A stretch of DNA of 64,000 nt from Candidatus Kapaibacterium sp. Its GTDB lineage: Bacteria; Bacteroidota; Ignavibacteria; Kapaibacteriales; UBA2268. Shown piece by piece: positions 58,862-64,000 of the stretch. The notes under the pieces were generated by a model. That model was not told where the DNA came from. It saw only the letters and a program-made list of their open reading frames with translations, and did no database searches. The DNA lies in NCBI GenBank assembly GCA_963665665.1, contig OY762428.1, positions 320,001-384,000 of the forward strand, read 5' to 3'. A program made the position numbers and the translations under genes. The first letter of the stretch is position 1; the number at the start of each line of letters is the position of its first letter.

Positions 58862-59503
58862 ATGAAAAAAATAATTTTAACTACATTTCTCATGTTTGGG
58901 TTTATTTTCATCCAGAATGCAGATGCAAAATCATTCAGGGTTAGTCAGATACCTAATGGAAGCAAATTTTCCTGTATGACATGCCATACATCCCCTAACG
59001 GAGGAGCCAGAAATGCATTTGGCAAAGCAATTGAAGATGATTTTCTATCAGGTGGTAATGTTGTCTGGAACGAAGTCTTGGCAGCTCTTGATTCTGATAA
59101 TGACGGATTCACTAACGGGGAGGAATTACAGGATCCTGATGGTGAATGGTCATCAGGTAGTGCAAATCCCGGAGATATGGATATGGTAACCAATCCCGGT
59201 GATGCAACAAGCCATCCAGATCCTAATTCTGTGAACGAATTAATTGCCAATCCTGTAAATGTATTTCCAAATCCGGTAGCAGACAATATTAACTTCGATT
59301 TTAAAAATTATGCCGGTGATAAAATCGAAATTTTTCTATACGATAATCTTGGAAATAAAATTGCTGATCTATATAATGGAACCAATCATTCTATTATTAA
59401 TGTTGATATTCGATCTCTTGGATTAAACCTTAGCTCAGGAATATACTATTATAAAGCCGTAATAAATCGAAAAACACTTAGTGGAAAAATTGTAATCAAT
59501 TGA
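58862..59503 (+). CDS. T9SS-secreted temptin-like protein with one CxxCH heme motif
   Basis: Signal peptide; QIPNG...CMTCH...GG.RN.FG...DSDNDGFTNGEELQDP.G.W; VFPNP...SGIY...K CTD. Confidence 0.75.
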   Translation: MKKIILTTFLMFGFIFIQNADAKSFRVSQIPNGSKFSCMTCHTSPNGGARNAFGKAIEDDFLSGGNVVWNEVLAALDSDNDGFTNGEELQDPDGEWSSGSANPGDMDMVTNPGDATSHPDPNSVNELIANPVNVFPNPVADNINFDFKNYAGDKIEIFLYDNLGNKIADLYNGTNHSIINVDIRSLGLNLSSGIYYYKAVINRKTLSGKIVIN

Positions 59504-59529
59504 TAATTATTGTCATATTGGAAATAATA

Positions 59530-59556
59530 GCCCTGCATATAAACTGCAGGGTTTTT
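59530..59556 (+). terminator. Intrinsic terminator
   Basis: GCCCTGCA-loop-TGCAGGGTTTTT. Confidence 0.75.
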
Positions 59557-59730
59557 ATTTTAAGTTGTGAAATTTTAACCATAAAATGATTTCTGTACAT
59601 AATAAAAATCTCTTTGTTGAAATCTCAACTTTTATGGTTATGGCTAAATACTATTGTGTTATATTGCGTTTCTTAATTTGGCAGCATATTTGATTTGCTG
59701 AAATATGACAATACAGGAAGTATTATATAA

Positions 59731-60564
59731 ATGTTTAAGTTCTTAAGAAAACCATACCCTTTTAGCGACGACCTGGCACATAACACCAAGGTAATATTCT
59801 TTCTTAGCCTTGGCGTTTTACTCTTTATGTTTATGTATCAGCCCTATGATTTCAGTATGACCGATAATATCGAGACTGCTAAATTAATATTTGGCCTTAC
59901 AGTAGTGATATTTCTTGTTATGAGTATAAACCTTTTACTATTGCCAATTTTTTTTAAAAAGCTTTTTCAGAAATCATCATGGAACATCGGCCGTGAAATA
60001 ATATGGAACCTTTGGCTGATACTAACTCTTGGTTTCGGTAATTTACTATACACTCAGTATATGGGTGTTCTTGATTTTAGTTTCTCGCTTGTTCTGAAAA
60101 TGATGGCATTTGCAATAGTGCCTGTTTCTGTTTTAATAACAATTAATCAGGACAGACAACTAAGGAAGAATCTGAAAACAGCTACTGAATTAAATATGAA
60201 ATTGCAGGAAAAGAAACAGAAAATTCAGACAATAAAATTTACATCTGATTATTCAAAGGATGACCTTCAGATTTCTCCCGATTCTATATTATATATTCAA
60301 TCTGCAGGAAATTATATTGAAATTATTTGGCAGGAAGGTGACGAACAAATAAAATCAATGATCAGAAGCAGCCTGAAAAAAGCCAAGGAGATAGTTCAGG
60401 ATTTCAGGTTTATTTATCAGTGCCATCGTTCATACATTGTAAATATCAATTATATTGATAAAATTGACGGCAATTATCAGGGATACAAACTCTACCTTAG
60501 GGGTATTGATAATCCGGTTCCTGTTTCACAGAATTATATAGCAGAATTACAAAATCTGATTTGA
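59731..60564 (+). CDS. Membrane-anchored LytTR DNA-binding regulator
   Basis: Four N-terminal TM helices; YIQSAGNYIEI, CHRSYIVN, PVSQNY. Confidence 0.9.
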   Translation: MFKFLRKPYPFSDDLAHNTKVIFFLSLGVLLFMFMYQPYDFSMTDNIETAKLIFGLTVVIFLVMSINLLLLPIFFKKLFQKSSWNIGREIIWNLWLILTLGFGNLLYTQYMGVLDFSFSLVLKMMAFAIVPVSVLITINQDRQLRKNLKTATELNMKLQEKKQKIQTIKFTSDYSKDDLQISPDSILYIQSAGNYIEIIWQEGDEQIKSMIRSSLKKAKEIVQDFRFIYQCHRSYIVNINYIDKIDGNYQGYKLYLRGIDNPVPVSQNYIAELQNLI

Positions 60565-60599
60565 TATTTTTATAGATTTATTTGCAAATTTTAACTATA

Positions 60600-60635
60600 A
60601 TTTCGTCCCTAAAATCAGGTATTTCGTCCCTAAAA
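60600..60635 (+). promoter_or_regulatory. LytTR-type direct repeat operator
   Basis: ATTTCGTCCCTAAAA at 60600 and 60621 (perfect 15-mers, 21-bp period). Confidence 0.75.
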
Positions 60636-60743
60636 CCTGAATTAATCACAATTTAAGCATTCTTTGTCACGAGTATTTGTTTTATCATCAAAATCTTAAT
60701 ATGTTTGCGCGTACTTTTGATTTAAAGATATTTTGGAACGATA

Positions 60744-61832
60744 ATGAATGATTTTAAAATTGGAGATTTGCACGTAAGAAGGCCAATAATTCAGGGTGGT
60801 ATGGGGGTTGCAATTTCACTGTCTGGTTTGGCTTCAGCAGTAGCTAATCAAGGTGGCATAGGTGTAATATCTGCCGTTGGAATCGGAATGACGGAACCTG
60901 ATTATGTTAAGAATTTTAAAAAAGCCAATCTTAGAGCTTTGAAAAAAGAGATTCAAAAGGCAAGATCGAAAACTGATGGCGTAATTGGTGTTAATATTAT
61001 GATGGCAGTTACCGATTTTGAGGATTTATTAAATATTTCTATTGATGAAAAAGTTGATGTAATTTTTATTGGTGCCGGCCTGCCCCTGCATCTTCCCGGA
61101 TGCCTGACAGAAGATTGCAGACAGAATTTGAAAAGTAAAATAATCCCAAAAGTTTCCTCTGCAAAAGCTGTAGGTTTGATACTTAAATACTGGGACAGAA
61201 AATACAATCACGTTCCCGACGGTTTTGTTATTGAAGGGCCTCTTGCCGGCGGGCATCTCGGATTTTCAAAAACTGAACTTGAAGGCGGAATCGACAATCT
61301 TGAAAACATGATAGCAAATGCTGTTGAACTGGTGAAACCCTACGAAGATAAGTTTGGAAGAAATATACCAATTATCGCTGCCGGTGGTATTTACAATGGC
61401 AAAGACATATATAATATTATGAATACCGGGGCTAGCGCTGTAAAAATGGGGACACGTTTCGTAACTACATACGAATGTGATGCATCTATAAAATTCAAAG
61501 AATCCTATATTAATAGTGTAAAAGAAGATATTACGATAATAAAAAGTCCGGTTGGGCTCCCGGGCAGGGCTATCAGAAACCAGTATTTAAATGAAGTTGA
61601 AGCTGGTGACCAAAAGCCATTCCGCTGCAACTGGCGTTGCCTTAAAACATGCGATTATACAAAAGTACCATATTGCATAGCCGGAGCTTTGTTCAGCGCT
61701 GCTCAGGGCAAAATGACAGAAGGGTTTTCATTTGCCGGAGCAAAGGCATATCTTGCCGATAGACTAATTTCTGTTTCGGATCTCTTCGACGAACTTGTAT
61801 CGGAATATGATTTGGCAGCTTTGGAAAGTTAG
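60744..61832 (+). CDS. Nitronate monooxygenase/FabK-family flavoenzyme, FabX-like
   Basis: PIIQGGMG, EGPLAGGHLG, AAGGI, MGTRF, C-terminal CNWRCLKTC...YCI. Confidence 0.85.
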   Translation: MNDFKIGDLHVRRPIIQGGMGVAISLSGLASAVANQGGIGVISAVGIGMTEPDYVKNFKKANLRALKKEIQKARSKTDGVIGVNIMMAVTDFEDLLNISIDEKVDVIFIGAGLPLHLPGCLTEDCRQNLKSKIIPKVSSAKAVGLILKYWDRKYNHVPDGFVIEGPLAGGHLGFSKTELEGGIDNLENMIANAVELVKPYEDKFGRNIPIIAAGGIYNGKDIYNIMNTGASAVKMGTRFVTTYECDASIKFKESYINSVKEDITIIKSPVGLPGRAIRNQYLNEVEAGDQKPFRCNWRCLKTCDYTKVPYCIAGALFSAAQGKMTEGFSFAGAKAYLADRLISVSDLFDELVSEYDLAALES

Positions 61833-61859
61833 AAGAAAAAATTATTTTACTCACTTTTT

Positions 61860-61903
61860 AAAAATTGGCAGATATGATGAACTGAATTATCTGCCAATTT
61901 TTT
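61860..61903 (+). terminator. Intrinsic terminator
   Basis: AAAAATTGGCAGATA-loop-TATCTGCCAATTTTTT. Confidence 0.75.
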
Positions 61904-61972
61904 CTTATTTTTGCCTTAGCTAATAATTTGAAAATGAAAACGTTTATAGGTTATATTGAACAATTAATCGGA

Positions 61973-62548
61973 ATGAATATGGCTATTTTACCAATATACA
62001 ATTGCTTTCACGAGGTTATGAAAAAACCTACCGAAGAAATTAAAGAATTTAACCAGGAGATTAAAGACCTTGTTGACAACATGTTTGAAACACTTTACAA
62101 TATATCGAATGGCGTTGGACTGGCAGGCAATCAGGTTGGAGAATCTAAATCGCTTTTGATTATTGATACAACTGTTGGTACCGATAATCCCAGAACTAAT
62201 CCAATTCACATGATAAACCCTGTTATTGTTGCAAAATCTGATGAAACACTTGTCGACCAGGAAGGATGCCTTTCAATACCAACATACTTCGATAAAGTTG
62301 AAAGGGCAAAATCAGTTCAGGTAAAATATTATGATGTTAATATGAAAGAGCATAATCTGGAAGCCACTGATTTCTTCGCCCGGGTTATTCAACACGAAAC
62401 TGATCATTTGACAGGCAAATGTATTTACGACAGAATCACGCCTATCAGGCGTACTTTAGCAAAGAACAAACTGAAGAAGATAGAAAGAGGGTCTATTCTT
62501 GGAGATTACCAGATGGTGATGGCAAACGGCAAACTAATCGACCCATAG
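61973..62548 (+). CDS. def: Peptide deformylase
   Basis: GVGLAGNQ, EGCLS, QHETDHL. Confidence 0.95.
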   Translation: MNMAILPIYNCFHEVMKKPTEEIKEFNQEIKDLVDNMFETLYNISNGVGLAGNQVGESKSLLIIDTTVGTDNPRTNPIHMINPVIVAKSDETLVDQEGCLSIPTYFDKVERAKSVQVKYYDVNMKEHNLEATDFFARVIQHETDHLTGKCIYDRITPIRRTLAKNKLKKIERGSILGDYQMVMANGKLIDP

Positions 62549-62699
62549 TTATTCGTCAAATAGATTATTAAGCGAATATACCAATAGAAAGAAGGGAACA
62601 GATAGTTTTTATAACAAGTAATTCTGGATTAAGAAAAATGCTGAATTTTAAAAATTATCAACCATACTGATTTGAACCCTGATCAGAACAAATAAAAAG

Positions 62700-62736
62700 A
62701 AATTCCCTGAAATATTTAATCTTTCAGGGAATTTTT
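62700..62736. terminator. Bidirectional terminator
   Basis: AAATTCCCTGAAA-loop-TTTCAGGGAATTTTTT. Confidence 0.75.
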
Positions 62737-62754
62737 TATCTTTTTTAAAAAGAA

Positions 62755-64000
62755 TTACGATCTTTCATCAAGAATTACAAGAATTTCATCACATTTTGCT
62801 TTTGCTCTTGCTACCATATCCTCAGCTATTTTTATCGTTTCTTTTTTGTATTCTTCATCATCAATTCCGGGCATATTTATCATAACGTTCCTGTAAGCAC
62901 CCCATATACCCGTTTCAAGTGCTCTCGCGCCAACTTCCACATCAGACTTGGAGTTGATATTGCCATACCTGGCACATTCAATCATGGATTCCCATGCTTC
63001 ATTGGCAGCCTGCATTGTTCCCAGAGGAACCATTATGGCTTTTTTCAGTCCATCCTGCATTGCTGCATGGCGCTTTGCTTTCTCTTCATCAGTTTTTTTC
63101 GGCATACGGATGGCTTGCATGTAATCATTGAATGCATTAGTATCAGCATCGATCATCGGTATAAGTTTATGGGTAACATCATAAAGTGGTGGAATAATTG
63201 ATCTCATCTGTCCGTCCACATTTTCAAATTTTCGAACGCCATAAGTAAGCCTGGAAACCATTGTACCGAGTCCGGCACCAATTGCTGCAATAGCCGCCGA
63301 TGCAGAACCGCCGCCCGGGGCCGATGTTCTGGCTGCAATTTCCTGAACAAATCCCCTGACACTAAGGCTTGCCAATGGTTCGTTCTGTTCTTCCTCTATC
63401 ATGTATTCAATAATTTTTTCTTTCGGGTTGAACGGAGCAACTGAATTTAGCCCGAGACGCTCAATCACAAGGCGTATTTTCTGGTCTTCTTCAAGTATAA
63501 AAAGCCCTTCCTTTTCAATATAATAATCTGCTGCCATCAGCATGGCTTCAAGTGGTATCAGGCCAACAATTTCTGATCCTGCCACACCCACGTTCAATTC
63601 TTCAGCTTCTGCTTTTACTTCTTCGAAAAGAATATGGGGTGCAGTTTCCATATAATTGGTCAGGTTCACAGTTACCTGCGCCACATTATACTCATCAACA
63701 AACCAGCCCATACCTTTAACTTCTTTTAACTTGCCGGGCTGTTCTGGCCCTCTGCCTGCTTCACGAAGGTCAAGTGCAATCCTGTGAGCCTGATTAGATG
63801 TTCCGAGAATATTCACATTGTATGCCACCAGGAAGAATCTTGCTCCGGTTGCCGTACATCCCCATTCGGGAATAAATTCCGCGGGGCCGAAATCAGGTTT
63901 CCATTCAGGCTTTGTAATTTTGTCAGGAATGGCTTCATACTCGCCTTTTCTTATCTGTGGAAGTTTCTTCCTGTAGTCCTGAGTGGCAGCATCTTCATAA
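62755..64000 (-). CDS. ftcd: Bifunctional glutamate formimidoyltransferase/cyclodeaminase, 3' part (runs off window end)
   Basis: R.GEYE, PDFGP, GAR.FLVAYN, GSEIVGL.P, APGGGSASA, NV.IN. Confidence 0.92.
   Translation of the reverse strand, partial: YEDAATQDYRKKLPQIRKGEYEAIPDKITKPEWKPDFGPAEFIPEWGCTATGARFFLVAYNVNILGTSNQAHRIALDLREAGRGPEQPGKLKEVKGMGWFVDEYNVAQVTVNLTNYMETAPHILFEEVKAEAEELNVGVAGSEIVGLIPLEAMLMAADYYIEKEGLFILEEDQKIRLVIERLGLNSVAPFNPKEKIIEYMIEEEQNEPLASLSVRGFVQEIAARTSAPGGGSASAAIAAIGAGLGTMVSRLTYGVRKFENVDGQMRSIIPPLYDVTHKLIPMIDADTNAFNDYMQAIRMPKKTDEEKAKRHAAMQDGLKKAIMVPLGTMQAANEAWESMIECARYGNINSKSDVEVGARALETGIWGAYRNVMINMPGIDDEEYKKETIKIAEDMVARAKAKCDEILVILDERS

Noticed and set aside
59679-59693. 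Second sigma54-like box TGGCAG-N5-TTGA before the LytTR gene
   Set aside because: Deviates at both elements, overlaps a small hairpin, and no enhancer site was seen
60600-60670. Direct repeats as a mini-CRISPR
   Set aside because: Only two 15-bp repeats with a 6-bp spacer; fits a LytTR operator better

Overview
AT-rich bacterial chromosome segment, most likely from an FCB-group lineage (Bacteroidota/Ignavibacteria/Kapabacteria-like). This is inferred from three T9SS C-terminal-domain proteins, DUF1573 and DUF5103 genes, and TAnnTTTG promoter boxes. Housekeeping genes include nuoH/nuoI, xth, trpS, bamD, an ABC-F ATPase, def and FTCD. Accessory loci are: (i) a MerR-octaheme OTR-cytochrome b-YeeE-YeeE/rhodanese sulfur-respiration operon whose last protein ends in a SoxY-like VKVQGGC tail; (ii) an operon encoding a frameshifted outer-membrane beta-barrel, two Tat-signal lipoprotein ferredoxins (2 and 14 [4Fe-4S] motifs), a small secreted basic protein and a Cys-rich DUF318/ArsP permease, which is the best candidate for an undescribed system (a possible Fe-S trans-envelope electron conduit); (iii) ablA-SSS-ablB for N-epsilon-acetyl-beta-lysine; (iv) a complete IS186-like IS4 element with 19-bp TIRs and an 11-bp TSD that truncates an MBL hydrolase and has a +1-frame C-terminal extension behind a T5C5 site; (v) a T9SS-secreted temptin-like protein with a CxxCH heme motif; (vi) a LytTR gene with 21-bp-period direct repeats in front of a FabX-like gene. 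No rRNA, tRNA or CRISPR array was seen. Family assignments come from motif recognition, not database searches.
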